A stretch of 64,000 nt of DNA from Candidatus Bathyarchaeota archaeon (GTDB taxonomy: Archaea > Thermoproteota > Bathyarchaeia > Bathyarchaeales > Bathycorpusculaceae): NCBI GenBank assembly GCA_963806535.1, contig CAWDYC010000005.1:1-64000 (forward strand), written 5' to 3'. Shown here one piece after another: positions 10,771 to 21,326 of the stretch (positions are counted from its first letter, which is position 1; each line of letters starts with the position of its first letter). The position numbers were made by a program, and so were the translations under genes. The notes under the pieces were generated by a model, which had not been told where the DNA came from, did not search any database, and saw only the letters and a list, made by a program, of their open reading frames with translations.

Positions 10771-10879
10771 TGGTGCTCCGGCCGGGATTTGGACCCGGGT
10801 CCGCGACTCGAGAGGCCGCTATACATAGTCCCTTAATAAGAAATCTTAGTAAGGTTTGACCGGACTATACTACCGGAGC
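10771..10879 (-). tRNA. tRNA-Glu(CTC) with 31-nt non-canonical D-loop intron (10825-10855)
   Basis: GCTCCGG acceptor, anticodon arm GCGGC-CTCTCGA-GTCGC, encoded CCA; removing 31 nt after GGTCAA restores the cloverleaf. Confidence 0.9.
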
Positions 10880-10956
10880 ATTCGCAAAAAGGTAAGTTCT
10901 AACGAATAAATATCTTTTTATGGATTTGGCTGTGCGTCTGTTTCTTTAAAGCTTCT

Positions 10957-11328
10957 TTACTCTTCGTCTTCCACGTCTGCATTTAAAAACCGCTTTATGG
11001 CCGCCATAATTTCCTCTAATCCATTCTGAGTTAGCGGTGGATCATACGGAATTCGAAGTACATCCCAGCCTTGAGCCTCTAAAAGCTCATCGATTTCACT
11101 GTCACGGTTTATTTGCTTGTCCTTTCGATGTACAGGGTTACCGTCAAGATAAACAATTTTTCGTTTTTCAGCCCAGCAAAAGTCTGGAACTGTAGATTTT
11201 AGGATAATTGGTTTTTGTGTTATCATGCCGCTGGTTAATCCAACCATGCTTAAAGTTTGAAAAACAGCCATTTCAGCATTGCTAACTCTAGGATGCATGC
11301 TTGCTTTGTAGCTCAATTTAGATTCCAC
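10957..11328 (-). CDS. DUF559/Vsr-like PD-(D/E)XK endonuclease domain protein
   Basis: VPDF..KIVYLDG.PVH..RD..L..QGWDVLRI. Confidence 0.75.
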   Translation of the reverse strand: MESKLSYKASMHPRVSNAEMAVFQTLSMVGLTSGMITQKPIILKSTVPDFCWAEKRKIVYLDGNPVHRKDKQINRDSEIDELLEAQGWDVLRIPYDPPLTQNGLEEIMAAIKRFLNADVEDEE

Positions 11329-11414
11329 TGCCTTTATGGCATGTTCCGACCCTTTTTAAAGAGTGGGTGAAACTACCTGCAAACAGTAACCAAAAGTAGG
11401 CTTGGAGGATCGCT

Positions 11415-11525
11415 CATGTTAACGCAAGGCCGAACCAAAAAGAGAATTATCAGGTTGGCGATTCGTGCCCGTTTAACGGCTGACCCGCCAAGCATGGGTG
11501 TACCTCTTGGATGGCTATTTCTCGC
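11415..11525 (-). ncRNA. Candidate structured ncRNA, unit A
   Basis: Own TTTATA box; GCGAG/CTTGC closing stem followed by GTTAACA; ends shared with unit B. Confidence 0.4.
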
Positions 11526-11587
11526 AAAATAACAAGACCTCGCCGAGTATAAATGGAATTGTGGTGTTGTTGTCAACAACAAGCGCT

Positions 11588-11742
11588 CCTGTTAACGCAA
11601 GTATCGGGTAAAGTGCAAATGATAGAGACCAGAAATTTGCTAGGCATTAGGCGTTATTTTTTCTTCTTGTTCTTCAACAACTATGGCAAAATGCTAAGTC
11701 ATTGGATGTCACATTCTCTTGGTTATCGGTCTATTCTCTCGC
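11588..11742 (-). ncRNA. Candidate structured ncRNA, unit B
   Basis: Same promoter block and same terminal motifs as unit A, different interior. Confidence 0.4.
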
Positions 11743-11972
11743 AAAAGCAGACAAGACCCTATGATAAGTATAAATGGAATATGGGGAATGTATAATGTTA
11801 ACAGATCTAGCTGCGTTTGCGTTTGGAAGTTGCCAATCTTGCACCGGGTTACTCTTCAGCAACTTGGCAAGATAAGCCTTGATAATTGAAAATATAGATT
11901 CAAAAACAGTAACTTAACCAAGTCGAAAGAATCTACAAAAAGAAGAAAAGTCTTTATTATTAGACTTTGAAT

Positions 11973-14391
11973 TTAGCTTTCAGTTTTTTTCTGAGATTCA
12001 AAGGTTGCAAATTGTTTAAGTTTATCAGCATTTTCCCTTAGTTGCTTATCAACCAAGTAGTTCACTGTGTTTTCTTCAAAGGTTCCATCAGAACGTTTCA
12101 TCCCAGCTTTTTTTCCTGTTAGAAACTCGATGCCTTCGTCGATTGTTTTGACTGCGTAAATATTGAATTTGCCAGCTTTTACTGCTTCTATAACTTCTTC
12201 TTTAAGCATTAGGTTTTGCACGTTGCTTTCCGGTATCATTACCCCTTGCTGTCCAGTCAATCCCTTCAGCTTGCATACTTCAAAGAAGCCCTCAATTTTT
12301 TCGTTGACTCCGCCTATGGCTTGAACTTCTCCTTTTTGGTTAACTGAACCAGTTACAGCTATATTCTGCTTAATTGGAAGTCCAGAAAGCGCTGATAAAA
12401 TGCAATATAGTTCTGTGCTTGAAGCGCTGTCTCCTTCGACGCCTTCGTAGTTTTGCTCGAAAACTAGTCTTGCAGAAAGGCTTAGTGGTTTGTCTTTGGC
12501 AAATTTGTCGTTTATGTAGCCGCTGAGAATTAAGACGCCTTTTGTATGTATTGGTCCACCCATTTTTGCTTCTCTTTCAATATCGATTACGCCTTCTCTG
12601 CCTAGGCCAATGCTCGCTGTGACGCGTGAAGGATTTCCGAAGGCAAAATCGCCAAGACCCATAACCGATAAGCCGTTTACTTGACCAACGCTTTGATCAA
12701 CGGTGTCAATTAGGAAGAAGCCGCGTTTTATCATTTCTTGGATTTTTTCTTGTATGAGTTTTGAGCGATAAACTTTTTCTTCTATCGCTTTCTTGACATG
12801 ATCTCCTGTAATGAACGCAGAGTTTTCTTGTGTTGAATAAAAGTTGGCTTCGCGAATTATGTCGGCGATGTGCGCAAATTGTATGGATAGTTTGTATTGG
12901 TCATCTGCAACTCTTGAGCTGTATTCAACCAGTTTTGCTACTCCTGTGCCATCAAGGTGCTTGAGGTTTTCTCTTTCGCAAAGTGCGCATACCCATGCGG
13001 CATATTGACTTACTTTTTCATCGGTTCTATCCATCACTGAGTCGAATTCTGCTTTAATTTTGAAGAGTTCTTTGAAATCGTGATCTAATTGGAACATCAT
13101 TTGGTAAAGATAGGGATCTCCAATGAGTATGACTTTGGCTGACAAAGGAATAGGCTGAGGTTTAAGGGTTTTAACGCTGAGAAATCCATAGCGTTCTTCA
13201 GGTTCTTCAATAACTATGTTTTCTTCTCTGATGTCCCGTTTCAAGCCGTCATATGAGAATGGGTTTCTTAGTAATTCTTCAACAGGAATAATTAGGTATC
13301 CGCCGTTAGCTTTGTGAATGGCACCCGCTCTAATCATCGAAAAGTCAGTCGTTAGAGCGCCGAACTGTGCTTCTTTTTCTGTTCTTCCCAGAAGGTTAGG
13401 GTAAGTAGGGTTAGTGTCCATAACTACCGGAGCACCTTTGGTTTCAGAATTGTCGATGACAACGTTTACCTCATATTTCTTGTATGGGTCCTCTTTCATC
13501 CACGGCATGGAAAACGGAAGAAAATCTTGAGGTTCGCCACGTCCTCCTCTCACAAATTGGTTGAGATTATCCAAAATGTCATTCTCAATGGCTCTCAAGT
13601 AAGCTGTTACTTCAGGGTTGTTTTTGTACTTTTCATTGAGAATTTCCATTTGGTTGCCGATTGCATAAAGAGCGACTTCTTTGTTTAGCTTTTTCAAGGC
13701 ATCATGAATTTTTCTTTCCATATCTAAAAGCTGGCGCATTGTATTTCTGAATTCTGTCTCCAAGCCTTCCCTTTTTTCATTAATTTTATCCTTCATTTTT
13801 TGAGGCAAGGCCAACATTTCTTCTTCACTGAGTGGTTTGCCATCTAAAACAGGAATAAGAAGCAATCCAATAGGTGTCGCTTGAATAACAAAGCCCTCTC
13901 GTTGAGCCTTGACGCTTAATTCTTCAATTAACTGTTTTCGCTGATTTTCTAATCCACGAATTGTAGCATCTCTTCTCGCAGCATAATCCTCGCTTTCAAA
14001 AGCTTTCGGCAACGCATTCTTAATGTTTTCAATGAAGTTTTTCATGTCTTCTTTGAATTCTTTTCCTTTTCCGGCGGGCAACTGAATCGCTTTCGGCTCA
14101 TACTGGTTAGCAAAATTATTGACGTAACACCAATCAGGCAGGAACAGACTGAATTTTAGCTTGTGCCTCAACAAAATTTTTCACCGCGGTTTTTCTTCCC
14201 GTTCCAGGGTAACCTGCAACATACATGTTGAAACCGTGGTTTTTTATGCCGAGACCGAATTTTAAGGCTCGAACGGCTCTTTCTTGCCCTATAATTTCGC
14301 CTAAAGGAACAAGGTCATGGGTTGATTCACACTGCATAAAACTCGGATCACATACTCTTCTAAGCTTCTCTACTGGTAAAGCGTTAACCAT
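11973..14391 (-). CDS. Lon-family (S16, LonC-like) protease; frameshift near 14140
   Basis: IGQERA, GYPGTGRKT, GAIHKANGGYL, VEGDSAS Ser and EKIEGF Lys catalytic dyad. Confidence 0.9.
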
Positions 14392-14504
14392 ATCAAAGTC
14401 ACTTCGTTTAAAATCTCTAAGTAACTTCTAATTTGCTGAGTAATTAAGTTTCTGTTGCCTAGATTTTCAAGTTTTATCTAACTGATGGTTGTCTCTATCT
14501 ACTT

Positions 14505-15043
14505 AGTTCAATAAAATGTTGTGATTATTTCTTGGTTTCTGACTTCAGGATGAAAAAGTGTGCCGTAAATTGGCTTTTTTTGTGTTTAATTACTTGAATA
14601 CATTTGGTTGATTTTGCCCAAATTTCGAATTCCTCAGAAGCCTCAACGCAGTAGCTGTGAAGCGAGTATGCCTTGAAGTCTGCGGAGAAAAACGGGTTAT
14701 TCTTTAGCGAAGTTATTGGTGTCATACCTATTTCCAAACACTTAATCAGGCGTGCCCCGAAAACCACTCCTATAGTTTCCATGCCTGCACAGATGCCCAG
14801 CACGGGTTTCACGGTTTCTTTTAGCCATTGGAATTTTTCGGGCTGACTTAAAGTTGCTGTGTCCTTGAGAGCTGTTCCTGAAAGAATTATGCTGTTGCAC
14901 TTGTTAAGATCTTGGTTGGTTACTTCAAGGTAATGTTTTGTTGTGCAATCGCTCATTTTTTCGGCAACTGCCAAGATAGGTAACACGAACTCGTAGTAAC
15001 CAAGCGAATCCTTCTTCCAATTCATGTCAACTATAAGAATCAT
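14505..15043 (-). CDS. Class I glutamine amidotransferase (GuaA-A-like); C-terminus frameshifted
   Basis: IILSG, PVLGICAG (Cys nucleophile), YGTLFHPE in a shifted frame. Confidence 0.75.
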
Positions 15044-15721
15044 TTTGGAACCAGCCTGGCTTGTCTTAATGTTCAAAACCCCTGAGTTCCCTTTCGCTTT
15101 AGTTGCGTAATCAAGAATTTCGATTTTCTTTTGAAACAGAGGCGAATCTAAAACGGTGGTTTCAATTTCACCACCTTCTCCTGAAGGACTTATCCCATAT
15201 TTTTGCTGAAGCTCAACTAACTTATCTATTATTTTTTTGTCTATTTGTTTTCCAAGCCATTTTTCGTCAAGCGGATAAGCAAAAATCCCTGAAATAATTA
15301 TTGTAAACTTTCTTTCAAGAAGTTCATCTAAAAGCGCTTTCTGATCATGCTTCCACAAAGGATTAAAACACCATAACTCTAGCCTATGACAGATTCGTTG
15401 AACACGTTCTGCTTGATAAACCGATTCAATTGCTCCAGTCACCACGCCTTCTATCTGGTATTTTTCGGCTGCTTGACCAATTGCATCTTCTAAATCTAGA
15501 AGTTCTTCTTCTTTTTTGCCTTTAGTTATCTTTGCTATTTGGGGCAATTCTAAGGCTTGTGCTTGAAGAGTTGTAATTTCAATGTTTGGAGTATGGAACA
15601 TGTAGCTTTCCTTATTTTCTGAGACAAGTGTGATAAGGCAAACTACCTCTTCTTTTTCGGCAGCATAATGAAGAGCAAGTGTTGAGTCTTTGCCGCCTGA
15701 GAACAGAACTCCAAGTCGCAT
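15040..15721 (-). CDS. dph6: Diphthine--ammonia ligase (Dph6 family PP-loop ATPase)
   Basis: LFSGGKDS, SYMFH, GAIESVYQ, PLW, GEGGEIET. Confidence 0.85.
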
Positions 15722-15777
15722 GGTTACCCTAAAAAAGAAAACTGGTTTATATGCCTGTTTGAAACAGGTCAGCCATC

Positions 15778-16971
15778 TTAAACTTTGACGTTGCAAACGT
15801 TTGGGATGGCTTTGAGCTTCTTTATTATTTCCACGGTGACCTTTTTGTGAAGCACATAAACTGATATGGCAAATCCGCTGTTTCCGATTTGCCGTGAATA
15901 GTTGGCTCTTATGTTTATGTCGTTGTCAGCTAACACTTTGTCAATGTTTGCGAAAACACCTGGAACATCTCGATGATGAATGAACAAGGTGTAAACGGGT
16001 TTTTCTTCCAACTCAATGTTTTCCCCTGCATTTACTGCGTTGACAAAATCTCCGCCTAAAAGATATCCTGAAACAACACGGGCAATTTCAGTTGACGTTT
16101 CTCTTTGAGCTTCGATGGTTGATGCACCAAGATGGCTGCTTAAAACAAGGTTATCTAGCTCTTTGAGTTTGCTTTTGAATTCGGCTCCTTCGGCTTTCGG
16201 CTCATCAACATATACGTCTATGGCTGCACCAGCGATTTTTCCCTCTTTTAATGCCTTGTACAATGCTTGTTCGTCAACGTTGCTGCCTCTTGAAGTATTA
16301 ACTAAGTAAGCTGTTTTTTTCATTAATCCGAGTTCTTTTTCGCCGATTACAACGTCTTTTCCACCAGTATGGAGGCTTATGTAATCAGCTTTTGAAATGA
16401 CTTCATCTTTTGTCATGAACTTTATGCCTGATTCGAGACATGGTTTGATGTCAAAACCAATGATTTCCATATCAAAACCTCGGCGTGCAATTTCTGCTAG
16501 TTTTTGCCCGATTCTTCCGCAGCCTAAAATTCCTAAAGTTTTGTATGAGAGCTCTTTGCCCTTTAGTTTTTCTTTTTTCCAGACCCCATTTTTTAATGAA
16601 TGATGTGCTTGAGGAGTGTTTCTTGAGATGGCCAGCATTAAACCGATGGTTAACTCTGCCACTGCATTTGTGCTTCCGTAAGGGGCAGATTTTACAACTA
16701 TGCCGTTTTCTGAGGCGGCTGCAACGTCAATGTTGTCGTAGCCGACTCCTGCTCGTCCAATAATTTTGAGTTTGCCGTTGGCTCCTGCTTCAATAATTTC
16801 TTTTGTGACTTTGGTTGCGCTTCGAACGATTAAGGCGTCAAACTCGGCTATGTCGGCGATAAGCTTAGTTTGGTCTCTTTTTTGTGTGTCTGTCTCTATG
16901 CCGGCGTCTTGGAGGAGTTTTAATCCTTCTTTTTCTAAACCATCGTTTAATAGTACCTTCACTTTAGCCAA
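15778..16971 (-). CDS. serA: D-3-phosphoglycerate dehydrogenase with C-terminal ACT domain
   Basis: VRSATKVT, GRAGVGYDNID, GCGRIG, SSHLGAST.EAQ, HRDVPGV ACT motif. Confidence 0.85.
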   Translation of the reverse strand: MAKVKVLLNDGLEKEGLKLLQDAGIETDTQKRDQTKLIADIAEFDALIVRSATKVTKEIIEAGANGKLKIIGRAGVGYDNIDVAAASENGIVVKSAPYGSTNAVAELTIGLMLAISRNTPQAHHSLKNGVWKKEKLKGKELSYKTLGILGCGRIGQKLAEIARRGFDMEIIGFDIKPCLESGIKFMTKDEVISKADYISLHTGGKDVVIGEKELGLMKKTAYLVNTSRGSNVDEQALYKALKEGKIAGAAIDVYVDEPKAEGAEFKSKLKELDNLVLSSHLGASTIEAQRETSTEIARVVSGYLLGGDFVNAVNAGENIELEEKPVYTLFIHHRDVPGVFANIDKVLADNDINIRANYSRQIGNSGFAISVYVLHKKVTVEIIKKLKAIPNVCNVKV

Positions 16972-17065
16972 CTCCTTTAAGTGGTTATCAAGCTTAGAAT
17001 TTAAAGTTGATTGGCAAAAGAATACTTAAATCTTTTAGAAACCGAAATTTTCGCGTTTTGAATGA

Positions 17066-17350
17066 TTAAGCTTTTGCTTTCAAAAGACGAACTTGCTCTT
17101 TAGTCAGTTTCGTCGATACCACGTCAAAGGTGGAAACTATTTTGCAGTAAGGGCATTTCAGCCGTCTATTTCGCCCGCGATATAGAGAAATGAAGCTGGC
17201 TCCAGGGACCCAATGGTAATTAAATTTTTTCTTGCATCTTGGACACGTGAGTCTTGAAATAGTGTGTGGACCATACCGTGGAAGTAACATAAAAATCACT
17301 ATGAAAACCGCGGCTGTTACTATAATGTAGAGTAATAGAAGGTCTGCCAT
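17066..17350 (-). CDS. Membrane-anchored zinc-ribbon hypothetical protein
   Basis: N-terminal TM helix; CPRC and CPYC. Confidence 0.65.
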   Translation of the reverse strand: MADLLLLYIIVTAAVFIVIFMLLPRYGPHTISRLTCPRCKKKFNYHWVPGASFISLYRGRNRRLKCPYCKIVSTFDVVSTKLTKEQVRLLKAKA

Positions 17351-17460
17351 TGACTTTCAGCTTTCAAAAAGGATTTTACTTATTAGGATTTAAGCTTAAT
17401 CTTGAATTTGGCAGGTTTTGCCCAAGCTTACTAGGTTTTTTAAAGAAGTATAAAAGAGGC

Positions 17461-18801
17461 TTAACTAAGCCCTTTGATGTAACCCAGTGCTTCTTCCACG
17501 TTTTGGAAGCCGTACTTCACTCCGCTAAACTCCTTTCGCAAAGACAACACGTCTTCTTTGACCTCTGCAGGTTTACGTTTACTCTTTATTACGTCAAGCA
17601 TAAGGTCGCATAGATGTTTTATGTCGCCTTCGCCAAAGCCTCGTCTGGTTACGTCTTGGAATCCAATTCGCAAGCCTGATGGGTCTTCTTTGCTGCTTTG
17701 GTTATCGTAGGGCAAGAGGTTCTTGTTTAAGATTATGTTTGCGTCTTCAAGATCTTGTGCTATCTTGTTGCCGCCGCCATAACTGCGAATATCAACAGCG
17801 ATTTGATGAGACTGGGTGAAGCCTTTTTTCTCTGCAAGAACTTTCACGCCGTTTTCGCATAGGTATTGTCCTGCTGTCTGCGCATTTCTCACTATTTGCC
17901 TGGCTAATTCTGCGCCGAAAACTTTCATCTCCAAAGCAGCGACGCCGAGTGCAGGAAGCCTGCCTAGATGTGTGCTTGAAGCGCTTAGTGGGAAAATGGC
18001 GAACTGGATTTTTTTAACAGCTTTTTCCAAGGATGGGCTGGTTGGGCTGCCCATGATGACTCCGCCTTGGGGTCCTGGGAAAGTTTTGTGAGTTGATGAG
18101 GTGATGAAGTCTGCGCCTTCTCGGAGGGGGTCTTGGAATTGTCCGCCTGCAATTAAGCCCAGAACGTGTGATGCGTCGTAGGCTATGTATGCGCCTACTT
18201 CTTCGCAGACTGCTCTTAATTCTTTAATTGGATGTGGAAACAAAAATAAGCTGCCGCCGAAGGTAACAATACCTGGTTTGGCGGCGCGTATGACGTAGGC
18301 TGATTTTTCTGGGTCAATATTGAATTCGTCTATGTCGTAAACATGATTAATATTATCTAAACCTAAAATGTTGCCTGCTAAACCCGTGTAATCATGCGAG
18401 ATGTGTGCGCCGCAGCTTAGGGGTGTGACAACCATTTTGTTGTTTTTTGAGGCTAATGATAAGCCTTTAAACGTGGCTAAGTTTGCGTGGGTGCCTGAAA
18501 CCAATCGGACGTCCGCCCAGGTTGATTTGAAAAGGCTTTTCATTATGTCTGTTGAGAAGTCTTCGATTTGCGTCATGTATTTTTGGCCTTGATAATACCG
18601 TTTTTTCACGTGTCCCTGCTGGTCATTTTCGCCTTCTGCATATCTGCATGCAAGGTCATGTGAAAAGTCAAGCATTTGGTTGACTGCTGGCGATTTGAGT
18701 CCTTCGCTTGCAATCATGTTTACGCATTCTTTGTCGCGGTACTGTTCATGTTTGCGGGATGCTTCGATTAAGTTTTGGAATAGGTCGGAGAATTTTTCCA
18801 T
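17461..18801 (-). CDS. glyA: Serine hydroxymethyltransferase
   Basis: MIASE, RYAEG, SGTHAN, YDASHVLGLIAG, STHKTFPGPQGG. Confidence 0.95.
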   Translation of the reverse strand: MEKFSDLFQNLIEASRKHEQYRDKECVNMIASEGLKSPAVNQMLDFSHDLACRYAEGENDQQGHVKKRYYQGQKYMTQIEDFSTDIMKSLFKSTWADVRLVSGTHANLATFKGLSLASKNNKMVVTPLSCGAHISHDYTGLAGNILGLDNINHVYDIDEFNIDPEKSAYVIRAAKPGIVTFGGSLFLFPHPIKELRAVCEEVGAYIAYDASHVLGLIAGGQFQDPLREGADFITSSTHKTFPGPQGGVIMGSPTSPSLEKAVKKIQFAIFPLSASSTHLGRLPALGVAALEMKVFGAELARQIVRNAQTAGQYLCENGVKVLAEKKGFTQSHQIAVDIRSYGGGNKIAQDLEDANIILNKNLLPYDNQSSKEDPSGLRIGFQDVTRRGFGEGDIKHLCDLMLDVIKSKRKPAEVKEDVLSLRKEFSGVKYGFQNVEEALGYIKGLS

Positions 18802-19080
18802 TTTTGTGTTTTCCCCACGCTTAAATCATCAACGGAATTAGGCTTAGCAGTATTTAGCCGTTACTGGAAGCAAGTTGGAGTTTATGGAAGGTCGAATATG
18901 TTTGCTGGACTGAACAAGTTTGCTTGAGAACATTCAATCCAAGTAGACCCCCCGGTTCATGAAACTATGTTCACCTATGTTGAAAAACAGTTGCACGAAA
19001 TGAACATGAAAGGTGTCACCACAAACTATTCGACTTTTTGTTTGCTGGTTACAGACAAAATCCCAAAAAGTCTGATTATG

Positions 19081-19506
19081 CTAAAGCATGTAGAGGGCTA
19101 TGTACACTATTTCTCCTGAGAGGAAAGCAAACCACCAGATGCCGAAGAGAATCTTGGTTAGTTTTGGATGCCACCTGTTAGGCGTCTTTTGCTTGAGCAT
19201 TGACAAGCCAATCGCAAGAACTGCCACTTCAAGAGCCATAACCAAAATTGCGACTGCACCGTGAATGCCAAAGTAAACATCTAACGTGGGAGTTAACTGC
19301 AAAGTTGAGCCGTCAACTGCTCCGCCGAAAGTTCGGTACAACATATAACCGATGGACAAGCTTAAATCCCATGAAATTGCAAGAACGGCTGAGACAGGAT
19401 GAAAACGTTTTTTCTTTCTGCCGCTTAAAAATGCGTGGCAAAACAGGAAAGCAACTGGAATTAAGCCGACAGCAACTATTGTGCTTGAAAGTGGAGCAAC
19501 AGTCAT
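19081..19506 (-). CDS. Four-TM membrane protein (DUF420-like)
   Basis: Four hydrophobic helices with spaced His residues. Confidence 0.6.
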   Translation of the reverse strand: MTVAPLSSTIVAVGLIPVAFLFCHAFLSGRKKKRFHPVSAVLAISWDLSLSIGYMLYRTFGGAVDGSTLQLTPTLDVYFGIHGAVAILVMALEVAVLAIGLSMLKQKTPNRWHPKLTKILFGIWWFAFLSGEIVYIALYML

Positions 19507-19539
19507 GGTTAACTACCAGTTTTAAAAGCCTTATCATGC

Positions 19540-20366
19540 GCTTGCTAATTAATACTGTGCTGGCTGGTTCTTTGGTTTCTGTTGGCATCTGCGTTATTTT
19601 TGCTATAACTACTGCGCCTGAAAGTATACTGTTGTTTAGAAATGTTATTTCTTTGCCAGAGTCCAATTGAATAACTGTGTTGTAAGGAGTTATTTCTTTG
19701 ATTATTCCCTGCTCGTTCATATATGATGATATTACTCGATCGCCTAGCTTGAAGTGAAGTCTGGTTTCTTTCAAGATTTCAGAGTCGCGAATGACAGTTA
19801 TTATTACTCCGCCTGAAGCGATTGCACTATTTGGAATGGTAATTTGGCCTACATCGGTTTGTATTCTCATAACGAGCGCTGTCATTTCTGTGACTTTTCC
19901 AGGAATATTGTTAATCATGACGTTGTCGCCAACTCTGTACTTGTAATTTGTGAAAACTAAGAAGCCTGACAAAATGCTGCCAACAAAGGTGGAAATGACT
20001 AAACCAGCAGTGATTGAGATTATTCCTGCGCCAGTTAAAAGTTCAGTTGCCGAAACATTGATGATGCTAAGAATGAAGAACATCAAAATCAAAGTTGCTA
20101 TTGCAAGCATGATGTACTGTACTATTGTTGAAGCTTGGTCCCCCATTCGCTGAGCAACGAGTGGTTTAAAACGTCGTATAATCAGTATTGCCGCTGACCA
20201 AGCCACAATGACCGATTATTACAATTACAGCCTGTTCAAAAAGCTGGGATAAGCTTATGGGTTGAGCAATGAACTGGTGAAAAACATAGAGGATACCTAT
20301 AGTCAAGATTAAAGTTATTATTAAGTAAAAAACGAGTCTTTGCAATGACGGAATAACGCGTGCCAT
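19540..20366 (-). CDS. MscS-family mechanosensitive channel; frameshifted, 3' end approximate
   Basis: TM segments, then YRVGDNVMI..GKV..ITIPNS; duplicated beta domain; N-terminus in ORF 20166-20366. Confidence 0.75.
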
Positions 20367-20454
20367 CTTGAATCCTTGCTAGCCATAGTTTACAAGCATA
20401 TTTCTATAGTTTTCCCAAAAAATTTTTACGGAACATGCATGATTTGCTATTGCT

Positions 20455-20568
20455 ATGTCTGCTCCTAATTGTCCCTGCCCAAAAAAAGATTGCCCACGCC
20501 ACAGCAACTGCCAAGAATGCGTAAATCACCATAAGGCAAAGGATGAATTGCCATTTTGCGCAAGATAA
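20455..20568 (+). CDS. 37-aa Cys/His-rich microprotein (DUF6485-like)
   Basis: MSAPNCPCPKKDCPRHSNCQECVNHHKAKDELPFCAR; below the ORF-track cutoff. Confidence 0.65.
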   Translation: MSAPNCPCPKKDCPRHSNCQECVNHHKAKDELPFCAR

Positions 20569-21086
20569 AAACTGTTTTTTATTGAGTAATCGATTTCTCA
20601 AACAGAAATTAGAAGTGCATATTTAAAAAAGAAAGCAGTGATATTACGGAATTCGAAATATTCCGTGTTTTTCAATTTCACTTTATATTCTCAGTCGTAG
20701 ATTTAGCTTTTTGAAGAGGGATACGGAAAATGAGTGAACGAGAAATAGATAGTTGTTGCGAGTTAGGCGTTAAAGATTCATGCATAACCTGCGAGTTCAG
20801 TCAATTGCTGCAATGGCAAATGGAGCCATACAACTCATCCAGGCGAAATCACTAGAAACTAGCTTGAACTGTTAAGCCGATTTAATAGCTCACGGTTTTT
20901 TCATATTGCTTGATAGAATAATTTTTTATTAATTACCAAAGGAAAGGGGCATATTGTTCGTCATGATCTTTTTCGGCAAAACCTACTCATAAGCTCGAAT
21001 ATTAACTGCTTTTTTTGGTTGAAGGTACCGCAAAATTGAAAAAGCCATCTGCACCATAAGAAACAGAAACATCATGAGGCAGTCCT

Positions 21087-21318
21087 ATGAAATTAAATAA
21101 GGTCGATGAAAAAGTCTACAACACTCCTAAAAACAGAAGGTAAAGAGTTAACTCTTCAAGAATTAGCTGACAAAACAGGGTGAACCATGCAAAAAAGTCT
21201 TCAAATCACTGAAGAAGTTTTTTGAGCATGAAATTATCGAGACAAAAGCCCGCAAATACTCCTTAACGGGCAAAGATCCACGGCAGCTAAAGAAGAAGCT
21301 GAGCCAGAAGTTAAGTAA
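21087..21318 (+). CDS. Small wHTH protein; frameshifted or pseudogene
   Basis: MKLNKVDEKVY..KELTLQELADKTG..KKVFKSLKKFFEHEII.TKARKYSL read across frames. Confidence 0.5.
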
Positions 21319-21326
21319 AATTTTTT

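Noticed and set aside
11416-11532. 38-aa plus-strand ORF with a GGAGG SD, antisense to ncRNA unit A (possible type I toxin)
   Set aside because: The ATG is not conserved in unit B (CTG), the peptide has no clear TM helix or motif, and G-U pairs favour a minus-strand RNA; not fully excluded
11411-11780. CRISPR or mini-array interpretation of the repeated motifs
   Set aside because: Only two units, interiors much longer than spacers, and no cas genes in the window
14525-15796. 423-aa Dph6-GATase fusion protein in the ORF track
   Set aside because: A one-base correction yields a normal Dph6 C-terminus and an ATGA overlap; treated as two genes
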